Source: the human T2T-CHM13v2.0 reference genome, Homo sapiens
Strand: one strand, 5' to 3'
Length of the DNA stretch: 64,000 nucleotides
NCBI RefSeq assembly: GCF_009914755.1
Contig: NC_060937.1
Numbering within the stretch: the first letter of the stretch is position 1; each line of letters starts with the position of its first letter. The position numbers and the translations under genes were made by a program. Positions 42,777 through 58,402 of this stretch are shown here, piece after piece. The notes under the pieces are model-generated. The model was not told the origin of the DNA. It did not search any database and saw only the letters and a list, made by a program, of their open reading frames with translations.

Positions 42777-44896
42777 TTTCTTATTTTAATGTTGAATCTC
42801 TAATTTTTTTCTGTCCAATTTCACCAAACAAAAACCTTGGCAATTTTTATTATATAAATTAAAATATAATTTAAATTTCTTTATACTCTTGGAAAGATAA
42901 GTTTTGTTCTCTTAATTCCAACATATGTTAACTCATCACTTATAAAGAAGACTTTAGGTTGACATTAAGATGTCCTACCATTTATATTTCTTGTAAATAA
43001 TTTTATCCCTAGACTTCCTAAATAATGAGGAAAGATTATCTCGGCATATATACACACATGCACACGCAAACGTGGTGCAATAGAACTTCAGATACTATTC
43101 ATGTTAGCTTACTACCCAATGATTTTTATTTGCTCTTCATAATAGGTAGAAATGGAAAAGTCATGACCAGGTAAATATGCCCAGCCACATGTCTAATTTC
43201 TATGTATTTCCCATGTGTTCGATGAAGAAAGTAAACCTAAAGTGTGATGAACATGTTAGCGACAATATAGATATATCACAATATTATCTCACATTTGATC
43301 TTTTGAAATGCCTTAGGTTGCAGTGATGATAAAGGACTTCGTGTTACAATACTTTGGAAACCACACATCACTATGTTTTATAGATTTGACTTGAATATAG
43401 TATGTTTTTTCTGCTTGTAATTCCTAATCTGAATGATCATCATAATCTCTTAGGTTGATTTTAAAATCCCTGATCTATATATCAAAGTTTACTGATGCAC
43501 TCTATAAATCAGCTTCAGAATCGACATTTTTGGAATGCTCTCTGGGTGATCCTTTCGTAGCCATCATTTCTAAAGGGTCAGAAACACCATAGGCAAATTT
43601 AAAATAGTTATAAATAGATATTTTGCCACTAAGGGCAGACTGTCCTCGTGACTGAATATGTAAGCATTATTATATTTGGTGTTTTTCTCACCAATCTTTT
43701 AGTCACTGTCTGATTCTAAGAGCTTTGAGAATATTATAAATTCCCGTCTCTTAAGTATTCTGCTCAACATTAAAAAATGCTTCAGAGTTGATGGTGGCAA
43801 TCTACAAATGCATGTTTCTGAAATGTATTTACACACAACATTTAACAGTTGCACTACTGTCAGTTTTGAACACTTCCTAATTTTTCAAATCTCTGCTTAG
43901 GATCATGTATTATAAGAGCAGAAGTATAGCGCTGGCTGGCTACTCCGGGATAGCACCCAATAGATGTAGAATGGGCCATAGTTGAGTGAATACATGACTG
44001 TTCACCATCAGCATTTCTTATTGCTACAGTCTTATTCTGATTCCTATAGAAACACTTGAATTTTCTGTAAAATAACTAGAACTCCTCCATTCTGCCTATA
44101 AACATGTTTATTTTCAATCAGAATTCTAACTGTGCATGCATATGTGAGAACTGAAGTCTCAACAGGTTTCTAACTGACTTTTCTAGATTACACCAGTCTA
44201 AAGGTGAGGAGTAATGGGATCGCTTCAAGATTACAACTTTATTGTAGTAGGATTTTTATAGAAAATGGAACAAGAAACTTTGAATGATAGTAAACAGAGA
44301 CATCATGCATCACATAATGTCTGTCAGGAAGGATTTTTATGAGCTCATGAGGTAATCGGTCTGCAATTGTAATTCTTAGAGCCAAACTTATATGTGCCCT
44401 TTGAGTGCTCAGAACTCTGCTTTTCCTGCTTTGTACTCTGGAACACAAGCAAAAATGCTCCTTAGAGATATGTAAATACCAATACAAGGAAAGAGAGTCA
44501 CTGATACACAGTCAAAATCATCCCCCAAGGGCAAAATTCTAAGCTTGGAGAGATATCTCTATGTTGACTGCTACAATGTGAAAATGCATATGTGTGTTTT
44601 GAAATGAGAGCCAGAACTTTGTCTCATTGACACTGGAGTGATTTATCTAGTTACCATAGAGATGAATATAAACTCCAAGACAAATCTCTGTTATTCACAT
44701 TTTAGAAAGTGGGCCCAGGACTCCCATGTGTTAAAATTGTACTGAAGCATTTGGTTTGCTTGTAATTATTACATTGACAGAGATTTGCTAGGTTTAAAGA
44801 ACCTGCTGTCAATTTTAGAACAACAGAGGGTGGAATAATAAATGATATTTATGAGAAGAGCCAATAGTATCACTTTGATGATTTATTTATTTCTAA

Positions 44897-45268
<372 letters not shown>

Positions 45269-45415
45269 TAAATTACTTTAAATGCATTATGTAATTTTGA
45301 GAAAATACTAATAAGAAATTGGACTAAAGAAAATGCTCCTCTGAGAAGCTACAAATATGAATGCAAATATTTACTTTTTTCTCCAAAAGATATCTTCATA
45401 AATTTGGACATTTTC

Positions 45416-45840
45416 TGCCTCAGTCCACTTGTGCTGGTATAAAAGAGTACCTGAGGCTGGGTGATTTACAAAGGAAAGAAGTTTATATGACTCACAATTC
45501 TTCAGGCTGTACAAGAAGCATGGCTCCAGCATCTGCTTCTGGTGAGGGCTTCAGGCTACTTTTGCTCATGGCAGAACATGAAGCAGAGCTGGGATGTCCA
45601 GCGATCACAAGGTGAGAGAGCAGAAGGAAGAGAGAGGGGAAAGAGGTGCCAGACTCTTTTAAACAACCAAATCTATGGGGGAACGAATAGAGTAAAAGTT
45701 CACTGATGACCATGAGGAAAACACCACGCCATTCGTGATGGATCCACCTCTGTGACCCAAACACCTGCCACTGGGCCCCACCTCCAAAACTGGGGATCTA
45801 ATTTGACCATTTGGAGGCGTCACATATGTGAACCATAGCA
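45416..45840 (-). mobile_element. MST (MSTB-like) MaLR solo LTR
   Basis: TG..AGTCC..TGTGCTG.TATAAA.GA.TACCTGAGGCTGGGT, CAGCATCTGCTTCTGGTGAGGGC.TCAGG, ending AACCATAGCA; 425 bp. Confidence 0.9.
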
Positions 45841-45884
45841 ACTTTGTATTGGTTTTTCTCATTCATTTCTCTACAAATAATTAT

Positions 45885-46100
45885 CTAACGCTTAAGGTGT
45901 TTAGCATATGCTAGATACTTTAAAAAAATGTTTTAAATACATGGATTGATTTAATCCTCACAATAAGGAATTGTGAAATATGGTCTTAATACTCTGATTT
46001 TATACATATGGAACTGGGAAACAAAGAAGCTATATATGCTGGTCAAGATTACAGATTAAAGTACAAACTGTGTGCTGAATATAGTCAGTCTCACAAGTCT
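45885..46100 (-). mobile_element. MIR
   Basis: ATTTAATCCTCACAATA, TTTTATACATATGGAACTG, GGTCAAGATTACA. Confidence 0.6.
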
Positions 46101-46344
46101 AAACGTGACAATAGCATGAGACTGCATCTCTAACGCTTAAGCACGTGGATTCTAGGAAACAGACTACTTAGAATCAACTATTGTAGTACTTCCAAAGATT
46201 TTAATATCTGTAATTCAAAACATCTTCTTAAAACCCTCTTAGGTATTAGAGCAATTAGGTAGGTTAATTGGCTATTTTAACATCACATAGCCAGTGAATT
46301 TTAGGACTAGTAAAATTAAGTACTTTAAATTCTAATCACACTTT

Positions 46345-46740
46345 CTACAGCAATAAAGAGTCTGACTCCATGTTTGATGTTTGACTGCTGGAAGCTATTT
46401 GGCCCCATTTCCATCTCTTTCCCTCTAGCACTTATCAGGGCAAGTTGATAAATAAGACCACAGGTCCCTCGGCACCACTGGAAATACAAGCCACATAATC
46501 CATAACCCAAAAGCTGGAACATGTTCACAAATCTACCCCCTACCAAGAAAAAGAACTCCAAGCCAACCCTCACCCACTTGCTCGAGTCATTCCAGACTGG
46601 CTTGTGTACCAGTCTTACATGCCCCAGGAAGTCTCTTTACTTGAATAATAAACCCTCTCAATGCACATTTGCATCAGTCTCAACATTCACACCAGATTTA
46701 GGTGAAGAGTTGATTTATGCCCCTACTGGAGTACCACAAA
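46345..46740 (+). mobile_element. ERV solo LTR (LTR32-like, tentative)
   Basis: AAAGAGTCTGACTCCATGTTTGATGTTTGACTGCTG start and an internal AATAAACC poly(A) signal; more GC-rich than flanks. Confidence 0.55.
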
Positions 46741-47039
46741 TATCTACCAATATCCACATTTCAAGAGCTAATTATCAATCATTTTCATTATATAATTATG
46801 AAGTTAGCAGATACAGGTAATAGTTTGCCCAACTGGGTCAAGTATTCATTCATATTAGCAATGAAAATTTCACTTTTAACAAATAAATATATGATTCAAT
46901 TTTAAGTACGCTACCATGTAGTCAAAAATTTAGGAATAGTCACTGATAATAAAACCACCCAATAATGTAAAATAAGGTAATTTTTAATCAGTTATGCAGT
47001 CCCTAAAAAAAAGTATTATTATATAATCCACCAATTTTA

Positions 47040-47325
47040 CTTGAAATGATTGAAAGCAGGAACTCAGATATTGTATACCCATTTTTATAGCAATATTATT
47101 CACAATAGCCAAAAAGTGTGAGAAACTTAAATGTTCAACTTAACTGTATTTTGTTAGTGTAAGTATACAATGAAATATTATTCAGCCTTAAAAAGGAATG
47201 AAACTCTGATACATGCTATAATATAGATTAACCTTGAAGACATTATGCTATGTAAAATAAGCCACACATAGTAGGACAAATTTTATGTTATGAATATGTG
47301 ACCACAATAAAAAGCAGTTAAAAAA
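47040..47325 (+). mobile_element. L1MB-like 3' fragment, internally deleted
   Basis: TATTCACAATAGCCAAAA, ACAATGAAATATTATTCAGCCTTAAAAAGGAATGAA, CCTTGAAGACATTATGCTA, CACAATAAAAA. Confidence 0.8.
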
Positions 47326-48418
47326 TTATCCCAATGCAACCAAGTCTACTGTTTTATTACATTTCAGTTTTTTTAAAAATATATACATATATATATGTTT
47401 TTTTAATGCCTTTGCATGTATTCTGAAACCTAAACACAACTTTCATTGCAAACAAACAGTAAGGATTGAGTGTCTTTGGCTCTAATACGGAGACTCTATT
47501 TCTAATAAAGCTTGTGAATAAAGAATATTCCCTTTACACTGATTGATAAAGGATTGCTGCCAGTACTGACTTTTCAGAAGAAATTAAGGTAACTATTTAC
47601 TTTTTCTTATTTGCCTCCTCCCACAACATGATATAAGATGACAATAAAGGGCAAGACAAATAATTGCATGTTACAGTCAATATTAAATATTAGAATCTTT
47701 CTGCTATCTATATAGAATTTATGGTTTACAAAAAAAGTATTAAATATCCTAGGAATAAGAAGTATAATTTTCTTCCTGAATCTAATTTCTTTCTATTCTA
47801 ATATAAGCCTTATAATCAATATATATTAACAAAGAAGGCAAAAAATGCTTTCTACTTATATACAAGAGATCAAATCTTATTAAATATCCACAAAACAATG
47901 CACATAAAAATCACGAAGTAAAAATAGATATTTCATTTCCTACATGCATACATGGTAAATAATGCACCCTTCTCATTAGAAAATATCTTGATATCAAAGA
48001 GAGCAGGGTGTTGGATACGAGATTAACTCCTCATTCTTTTATGGGATTATCATGGATCATTATACAGTTACAGAAATATAAACAAAACCAGCATGATTTG
48101 GGTGGATAGGCAAGGAAGATCCTGGGGTCACTAACGCTTTAAAGAGATGTAGCCACACCACAATAGTAAATTCTCCTACCATTTATCTCTGCAGGCATTC
48201 CAAATCAGCAGAAGTGATCATTTTAATGAGAAGGTTTTAGGTCGTCTTTGCAACCCAGCTGGCCGATTCCTTCCATATGTTCATTCCAATAGCTTTAACA
48301 TCAGGGGAGAAAACCCTCTGGTAATCCTAACTTCCTTCAACTTCTTTCAGCAAACAGATGCTTGCAGAGCAAGAATAAGACATGTTTGTCTATTATGAAC
48401 TCACAGAACCTGAAGCCT

Positions 48419-48552
48419 TTTCTCTTTTTTTTTATTTCTTTTCTTTTTTTTTTGAGAGATGGAGTCTCACTGTCTTGCTTAGGTTGGTCTCCAACTCCTT
48501 GCCTCAAGCAATCCTCCCGCCGCAGCGTCCCCACGTCCCACATGCCCAGGCT
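48419..48552 (-). mobile_element. FLAM/Alu monomer, degenerate
   Basis: Poly(T) followed by GAGATGGAGTCTCACT...GGTCTC.AACTCCT.G.CTCAAGCAATCCTCCCGCC. Confidence 0.8.
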
Positions 48553-49469
48553 GCTTCTTAAATAAAACATTTCAAGAATGCAAACTCCTCTACTCTCTTT
48601 TTCAACAAATTCTCAATTAGTTGTCTGTGTTTCTATGCACTCTAAGAAGTTCATTTTGACTATGTATAATTATATTATGATAATATAGTAATACTATATT
48701 TCACTCGAACTGGGATAGAATTTTGCTCATGTGACATGTTTATTTTTTATGTGTGCTTTATTATGGCACGTTAGTACTTAATAGAGTATTGTGTAATCTG
48801 AAATCAAAGTAATTTTGCTTATGTAACTGAATAATCTGTTTTTTGTCTTCTCCAATATCCTAGGGTTTTAATGCCTCATTGGAAAACTGGCACCTTTACA
48901 TTCTGGAAAAAAAAAAAAAAACTCTTTTAATGATTCATAAGCATTTAGTCAGAAGAACTTAAAGAGCATTTTATTTTTTAATAGCTTTCCCATGTGTCCA
49001 AGAGTTATTCTAAGGTTGTCCCAGAAACATTATATGTTCATAACTATGGAAGCCAGAGTAGCTTCAAAGATTTTGTGTTTTTTTTAACACCAAACTAGAT
49101 AATTGCTTTTAAACAAAAAGTATGCTTTGCAAGGAAGAGACATCTATTTTGACAGTTTCTCAAAATTGATTGCTTCTTTTCTTACTAATAAAAGAAATTA
49201 CATAAATCATCAGTTAATCAGGATGGTCAAAATCAAATTTTCAGACACTTCTTGTTTCAATATGAATTGTCCAAAACTTATACCATCACCATATTTAGAC
49301 TAGGAAATAAAATGAGATTGGTGTGGTATAAGGAACACTGAGTTCTAGCATCATGTTTATTAATGCTTTAATGAACTTGTGTAAGAAATTTAATCGCTAT
49401 ATGCTTGTTAATACATAAGAAATGGGAATCATAATCAATATATCAAATACTTTTGAGGGTGTCTGTGTG

Positions 49470-49890
49470 ATGTAGAATTGCAGATTAGAAAAGAGTGCTA
49501 GTTCTTTAGCCCCTTCTCTGTACCTTTCGCATTGCATGTTCCCCTCAGATGTATTGGCCCATACCTGTCTCTCAAACCCTTACCAAAGAGCCCTGCAAAC
49601 TGCTCCTGTCTCCTGCCACTACTTCAGAATTCATATAAAGTTGCTGAAAGGGCAGGGACATGCAACCCAGATAAGAGGGAGTTAACTCCCTATGAGCATA
49701 CTTGAATCAATGGCATATGGGAAATCAGAGGAACTAGTAGACAAAAATCTATTTCACTTCTCCTCTTCAATAGATTCTTCCAGTCCTGCATTTTCTGCAA
49801 GGCCTCTGTAGAGATGTCTCAAGTGTCTGAGTGACTGCTTGACTCTCCTCATGAGCAATAGTAAGCTTAATAATGCATCATCTTGCTGGG
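49470..49890 (+). mobile_element. LTR16-like ERVL LTR (tentative)
   Basis: GGGAGTTAACTCCCTATG..CTTGAATCAATGG core resembles the LTR16 family. Confidence 0.5.
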
Positions 49891-52800
49891 GGAAAAAAGA
49901 TTATTACTCATGAACTTTTAAAAGTAAAGTTCTCTAAGTGGTACCATAGGAGATGTTCAGAATGACCAGGGATACATGGTATCCCTAGTTTAGCACCTGC
50001 CCTAGTACAGGGACATTCAGGAATGTTTGTAGGAGGATGTTTTAAATGAGACTTGTCTACTATTTAGGAATTGTCTTGGGTAAAGAAAAGTCCATTAGAG
50101 ACATCATCATATTTAAGGATCCCCACAAGCAGAAGAGGGTATGGCAGGAGAACATGAGAGATTATGAGGGGGAGGTATATATCATTTTGTGTTAAAAAGC
50201 CAAACTACGATAACAAAAAATAATAAAGTATTTTTAAGTATTTATTTTGATATAATTACTTTAACATAAAACATGAATTTTTAGCATATTTTCAATTAAG
50301 ATAATATTTTAATGTCCTTTTTTTGAACTTGCACTGGATGTTCTATTTTTTGTATTTTTATTTCTCCTTTGTTTTATTTGCAACCTTGGGCTTAACTATA
50401 AAATTATGGCTCACACTTTTAACACATTTTCTTTGCCATAAAGCAAGCCTCTGAAGGGATATACTTTATGCATTACAGCAAATGATATTTTTTAATAGGC
50501 ACCACTTATTTTATGCAGATTAAAATACATTGCAATTTTTAAATGGCAATCAAGTAAAAATATCTTTCCTCATAGATTTTTGTGTCTCATTCACTTCGCT
50601 CAGTTTTCATAGTGCTAATCCAAAGGAAGATCCTTCTTTTATTTTTCTACTTAGAAGTCTTAATATAGAATTAAGAGCAAGACCTAAAAGATGTGTCTGA
50701 TCCATTACAAGTCCATGTGAACTAGTTTTGTTTTGGCTAATCATTTAAACCAATAGAAAACAATTTTTAGAAGTTGTTTAACCTGCTTTTGCTCACTATG
50801 TTAGTGTCTATAAAGAAAATGATAACATTCAGTTCTCAAGTACAGGGAGAATTCAAGATGGCTGACTGGAGGTGCCTGGCACTTGCCTTCTCCACAAACA
50901 AGGACCAAAACAGTGAACAGATAACAATATGTCAAATAAAGCATCTAAGGCAGAACCATGGAATTCAGCAAGGAAGTGACAGGGCACCTCTGAGGCATAA
51001 AAAAAGAGTGAACTGAGACAGTCTACCTGGCCAATATCAACTTGGAGCCAGAAGGAATGCCCCATTATGGGGAAAAGGTAAGGAAGAGATCTCAATAGGT
51101 CCACATTCCCACCATGACTCCTGCAATCCTAGCTACAGGAGAGCCCCTTGACCTTCAGGGGCCTTAAACTAGAATAGAGAGCTTCTTGGAATCCAAACAA
51201 TGACATTGTTCCAGAGACAATATTCACGCTGTATCCCACACACTGCCTGAGACCAAAGCAACTGTAGCACTTTGCTATTTTGAGAGTCAATCCCCCACTA
51301 GACATCCTTCCCTGGAGCCCCAAAGCCCCTGCATCTCCACATCCCTAAGGCCCCACTAATATTTCCACCTCCAGGTCAACCAAGAGGGATATAGCACCGT
51401 CATACCGCGGGACCCCTTGGTATGATTGGGTCCCAAGTACTCTAGACAACACAGTGTCCTACACTGGAAGGAATGAGTGGAGCAACTCAGCAGGGAAGCA
51501 ATCCCTGGAAAAAGGTAGCCAGGGCACATGCTTCTCAGAGACTGAGAGCCATCTGCTTGGGGCTGCTGCCACTAACAGAAACCCTGCCCCTTCAGCAGCA
51601 GGATTACTGCACACTTGCACCAGCCTTCAGATGGCTTTGTCACTAGCATTCCCACAAACCATCCCAAAGCCTGAGGACCATCCTGCTATGCCCAATGTCA
51701 CTGCCACTGCCACTCCCACCAGCATCCAAACACACTGCCCAAGGATCTGGAGACTGACCTGCTCCACCTGTTCCCATCAGCACCTGCATGCACCATTTTG
51801 GGATCTGAGGACAGGCTCATGCTTAATACTGCTGCCAACATCATCACTTGCACACATCATTCAGGGATACAGAGATTAACTTGCACTGGCCATCACTGTT
51901 GGCACCTGTGCATGTCATCTGGGAACTTGGGGCACCCAGCCCACCACCACCAGTGAACACACAAACCATCCAGGAGACCAACATGCCCACTACTGGCACT
52001 CACACAGGCCTTCTGAGGCCTCAGGGATGAGCCCACTCAGCCTGCTGCCAATGGCACCCACCCATGTGCACCTGAGGGTTGGTCTGCTGCTTCTAATGTC
52101 ACTGCTAATGCCACACATGCCACCTGAAGGCCTGAGCATCCCCCTTCCCAGCCCATTGCTGATACTGCTATTGCCCAAGCATACCACCTAGAGACTCAAA
52201 TATTGACTTGCCTAAACCTGTCAATGATGATGCCCACCTATACCATCCGGGTGCCTGAGGACTGGGACACCCAGTTCACTGCACCACCACTGGTGCCCAA
52301 GAACTGGCCTACCAGGCTTCCTCATCCCCAAGAAAGCCTCAACAGTGTCCACTAAAATCTGCAGCCTAAGCTCATGAAGATCTCACAGATACTACTGAAA
52401 TTGATTACAGATGAAGAAATCATATAAAGACTACACTACTGTATCCACCCAGAATCAAAGTCAAAGTGCTCTAATCAAGCAACAATGGAAACATAGATAC
52501 AGAAAAACATCTTTCCCTATGAAAGCCAGTCTGTATAATTACAATAAGCAACTGTTATACCATATGTGTAGATATCAGTTTAAGGACACATGAAATGGGG
52601 AAAAAAATAAAATAAAAGACACCTCTAAAGCAACACAATAATTCTCCAAGGACAGAATAGAAAAAAAAAGGAAATCTGTGAAATGTCTGAAAAATAATTC
52701 AAAATTACGAAATTAAAGAAACTCAGTGAGATACAAAATAACACAGATAAAGAAAACAATGCATGATCTAAATGAGAAATTCAACAAAAGATGATAAATA

Positions 52801-54574
52801 ACTATAAAAAAGAACCAATCAGAAATCCTGAAATTGAAGAATTCAATGAATAAAATGAAAATTACAACCAAGAGGTTTGACAACGGATGAGATTAAGCAA
52901 AATAAAGAATTTCTAACCTTAAAGATAGGCCATTCAATATAACTCACTCTGATTAAAAATAAAAGTAAAGAAAATTTATGTGACATAAACACCATTAGCA
53001 AAAAAAAAAAAAAAAATGAATTTAGACATTTCCAGAAGGAGAAGAGATGTGCAAAGGCATAGAAAACCTATTTAACAAAATAAGAGTTGAAATATTTTCA
53101 AGTCTTTCAAGAGACTTGGACATACAGATATAGAAAGCTTAAGAATCTTCAAATAGATCCAGTCCCCAAAATATCTTTTCCAAGGTACATTATAGTTAAA
53201 CTGTAAAAAGTAAAAGACAAAGAGAGAATTCTAAAAACAACCAAATGAAAAGCATCCAGTTACCTATAAAGAAACTATCATCAGAATAAGAACAATTTCT
53301 CAGAAGAAACCTTACAGACCAGGAAAGAATGGGTATTATATTTAAAGAGCTAAAAGAAAAAACAACTGGTAGATAAGAAAACAAATACAAAAAATCAACA
53401 AAGAAATATCAGATATACTCTGCTCCACAAGCCAAATGAAATTAACAGATACTTACAAAACATTTCATCCAAGAACTGCAGAGTATACATACGTCTCATC
53501 AGCACAAAGAATATTATACAGGATGAGCCATATTTTAGGCCACATAACAAGTTTCAACAAATTTTCAAAAAGTCAAATTTGTATTAAGTATCTTCTTAGA
53601 TTACCACAGGAAAAAAACTGGAAATATATAACAAGAGAAGCTTTATACATGTACAGATATATGGAAATTAAAGAATGTGGTCCTGGATGATCATTGAATC
53701 AATAAAGAATTTGAAAAGAAAATAATTTTTTGAAATAAATAAAAATGGAAACATAGAGGACTTACCTCAATCTATGGAATACAGCAAAAGCAGTGCTCAG
53801 AAGGAAGTTTATAGCAATAGACACTTACATAAAAAAGCAGAAATAGTTCAAATAAACAACCTAATTATGCACCTTAAGAAACTAGAAAAACAAGAAGAAA
53901 TCAAACACAAAATTAGTAAAAGTAAAGAATACAGATCAAAGCAGAACTAAGGAAAATAGAGGCTAAAAACACACAAAAAATGAAGCTTAATGAAAAACTT
54001 ATTGTTTGTTTGAAAAGATAAACAAAACATAATCAGTAAAATAACCAAAAAAAGAGAGAGCAAAACACTCACATAAATACAATCAAAAATGAAAAGAAGA
54101 TATTACAACTGATACTACAGAAATAAAAAGAGTCACTAGAGAATATTATGGAAAACCCTATGCTAAAAAATTGGAAAACAGAAACGGATAAATTTCTGGG
54201 CATATACAACGTACCAAGGTGGAATAAGGAAGGAATAGGAAACCTAAACAACACGATAATGAGTAATGAGATTTAAATCAATCATAAGAAGTCTTCCACC
54301 AAAAGAAAGCTCAAAATTAGATATCTTCACTGCTAAATTCAGAAAAACTTTTTGAATAACTAGTATTCATATTCTCAACCTGAAGGATATGAAAAAGTTG
54401 AAGTGAAGGAAATTCTTCCAAACTTATTCTCTGAGGCCAATGTTACCTTGATACCAAAACTAGCCAAGGACACAATAAAAGAAAACTATAGGCTAATATT
54501 CTTGCTTAATACAGGTGCAAAAATCCTCAACAAAATACTAGTAAACTGAATCCAACACCACATTAAAAACATAT

Positions 54575-54700
54575 GAGAGGCTGAAGTGAGAGGATTGTTT
54601 GAGCCTGGGAGATTGAGGTTGCTTTGAGCCATGATCACACCACTGTACTCCAACCCGGGTGACAGAGTGAGACCCTGTCTCAAAAATAATTAATTAAAAG
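54575..54700 (+). mobile_element. 5'-truncated AluJ/FRAM right arm within the L1MA ORF2
   Basis: GAGGATTG.TTGAGCCTGGGAG..TGAGG.TGC..TGAGCCATGATCACACCACTG...GAGACCCTGTCTCAAAAA. Confidence 0.88.
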
Positions 54701-55296
54701 ACAATATAGCATGATTAAGTGGGATGTGTACCAGAGATACAGGATGATTTAACATACGCAAATCAATAAATGTGATACATCACATTAACAGAATGAAGCA
54801 CAAAACCATTTGATCATCTCAATAGAAACAGAAAAAGCAATTGGTAATATTCAACATCTCTTCATGATAAAAACTCTCAACAACTTAAGCATAGAAGGAA
54901 CATACCTCAACATAATAAGGCCATATATGACACATCCACAGACTGAATTGGAAAAAGCTGACTGCCTTTTCTCTAAAAAGTAGAATAAGACAAAAAATAT
55001 GCATTTTTTACCACTTTTATTTCAACATAGCACTGGAAGTCTTACTCAAAGCAATCATACAAGAGGAAGAAATAAAACTAATCTAAATTGGAAGACAGGA
55101 AATCTCCTTTTGCAGATGACATGACCTTATATATGGAAAAACCTACAGATATCACAACCAACAAAAACGTTTTACAACTGATAAACGAATACAGTAAAGT
55201 TGCAAGATACAAAATCAACGTACAAATACGAGTAGTGTTTCTATATACCAATAGCAAACTAGCTAAAAAAATCAAGAAAGTAACATCAGTTACAAT

Positions 55297-55327
<31 letters not shown>
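55297..55327. repeat. (CA)n microsatellite inside the L1MA ORF2
   Basis: Directly visible. Confidence 0.93.
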
Positions 55328-55328
<1 letters not shown>

Positions 55329-55749
55329 AAATACTGAGAAATAAATTTAACTGAAGAGGTTAAAGACTTCTTAAAATTAGGCAGCACCGATGGAAGAAAT
55401 TCAAGAGGACACAAACAAATGGAATAAGAGCCAATGATCTTGGATTCAAAGTATTATTACAGTTAAAATGATGCATAACCCAAAGTAATCTGCAAATTCA
55501 ATGCAATCTGTGTCAAAATAATAATTATATTAATCACACAAATAGAAAAACAAGCCTAAAATCTGTTTGGAACCAGAAAAGAATTCTAATAGCCAAAATG
55601 ATACTGAGCAAAAGAAAAAAAGCTGGATGCACCACACTACCTGACTTCGACTCATGTTCTCAAGCTAGGGTAACCAAAACAGTATGGTATTGGCATAAAA
55701 ACAGACAACTACATGAATGGAACAGAATACAGAATACAGAAGTACATCC

Positions 55750-55790
55750 ATGTATGTATGTATGTATGTATGTATGTATGTATGTATGTA
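55750..55790. repeat. (TATG)~10 tetranucleotide at the L1PB tail
   Basis: Directly visible. Confidence 0.95.
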
Positions 55791-56130
55791 TTTTATTTCT
55801 ATGGGTTTTGGGGAAACAGGTGGTGTTTGGTTACATGAATAAGTTGTTTATTGATGATTTCTGAGATTTCGGTGCACCCATCACCGGAGCAGCATACACT
55901 GTACCCAATGTGTAGTCTTTTATCCATCACTCCCCTCCCACACTTCCTCACAAGACCCCAAAGTCTATTGTATAATTCTTATGCCTTTGCATCCTCAGAG
56001 CTTAGCTCCCACTTATAAGTGACAACATACAATGTTTGGTTTTTCATTCCTGAGTTACCTCACTTAGTATAATAGTCTCCAATTGAATCCAGGTTGCTGT
56101 GAATGTTATGATTTCATAACAGTCATGATT

Positions 56131-56192
<62 letters not shown>
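56131..56192. repeat. Compound (TA)n(GA)n microsatellite
   Basis: Directly visible, near the ORF2 end of the L1PB. Confidence 0.95.
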
Positions 56193-56196
<4 letters not shown>

Positions 56197-57716
56197 ATTT
56201 TCTTTATCCCATCATTGATTTATGGGTATTTGGACTGGTTCCATATTTTTGCAATTGCGAATTATGCAGCTATAAACATATATGCACAAGTGTCTTTTTC
56301 ATATAATGACTTCTTTCCCTCTGGGGAGATACTCAAGAGTGGGATTGCTGGATCCCACTCTTTTTGTGATATAAACTTAAAGTATAGTTTGAAGGTGGGT
56401 AATGTGATGCCTCCAGATTTGTTCTTTTTGCTTAGTTTTGCCTTGGCTATCCGGGCTCTTTTTTTGTTCCATATGAATTTTAGCATTGTTTTTTCTACTT
56501 CCATGAAGAATGATAGTGGTATTTTGATGGGAATTGTATTAAATTTATAGATTGCTTTTGGCAGTATAGTCATTTTCACAATATTAATTCTACCCATCCA
56601 GGAGCATGGGATGTTTTTCCATTTTTTTGTGTCATCTATGATTTCTTTCAGCAGTGTTTTGTAGTTTTCTTTGCAGAAGTCTTTCACCTCCTTGGTTAGG
56701 TATATATCTTTTTTTTTTTTTCCAGCTATTGTAAACGAGGTTGAGTTCTTGATTTGATTCTCTGTTTGGTCACTCTTGGTGTATAGCCAAGCTACTGATT
56801 TGTGTATATTGACTTTGTATTTTGAAGCATTATGAATTTATTTATCTGATTTGGGAGCTTTTTGAATGAATCTTTAGGGTTTTCTGCGCTTACAATCATA
56901 ACAGTGAACAGTGAGAGTGCGACTTTCTCTTTACCAAATTTGTATGCCCTACATTTATTTCTCTTGTCTGATTTGCTCTGGCTAGGACTTCCAGTACTAT
57001 ATTGAACAGACATGGTGAAAGTGGAAATCTTTGTTTTCTTCCAGTTCTGAAGAGGAATGCTTTCAACTTTTCCCTACTCAGGATAATGTTGGCTGTGGGT
57101 TTGTCATAGATGGCTTTTATTACCTTGATGTATGTCCATTATATGCCAGTTTTGCTGAGGGTTTTAATCATAAAGCGATGCTGGATTTTGTCAACTACTT
57201 TTTATGCATCTATTTGGATTATCATGTGATTTTTGTTTATCACATTTATTGACTTGCGTATGTTAAACCACCCCTGCATCCCTGGAATGAAACCCACTTG
57301 ATCATGGTGGATTATCTTTTTGATATGTTGTTGGATTCAGTTATCTAGTGTTTTGTTAAGGATTTTAGCATCTATGTTCATCAGGGATATCAATCTGTAG
57401 TTTTCTTTTTTTGTTATGTCCTTTCCTGGTTTTCATGTTGGGGTGATACTGCTTCATAGAATGATTTAGAAAGGAAGTCCTCTTTCTCTGTCTTTTGGAA
57501 TAGTTCAATAGGATTGGTACCAATTCTTCTTTGAGTGTGTGATAGAATTCAGCTGTGAATCTATCTGGTCCTGGACTTTTTTTTTTGTTGGCAAGTTTTT
57601 TATTACCATTTTAATCTCACATTTATTGGTCTGTTCAGAGTTTCTATTTCTTCGTGGTTTAATCTAGGAGAGTTGTGTATATCCAGGAATTTATCTATCT
57701 CCTCTATGTTTTCTAG

Positions 57717-58402
<686 letters not shown>

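Noticed and set aside
51300-52330. GC-rich region with short repeats resembling a promoter or CpG island
   Set aside because: CpG-depleted and explained as the 5'UTR repeat region of the L1MA.
56262-56687. 141-aa ORF fusing two ORF2 regions in frame across a deletion of roughly 850 bp (estimated against the L1PB copy at about 3150-3995)
   Set aside because: A chance open frame in a dead L1 whose neighbouring sequence has stops and frameshifts.
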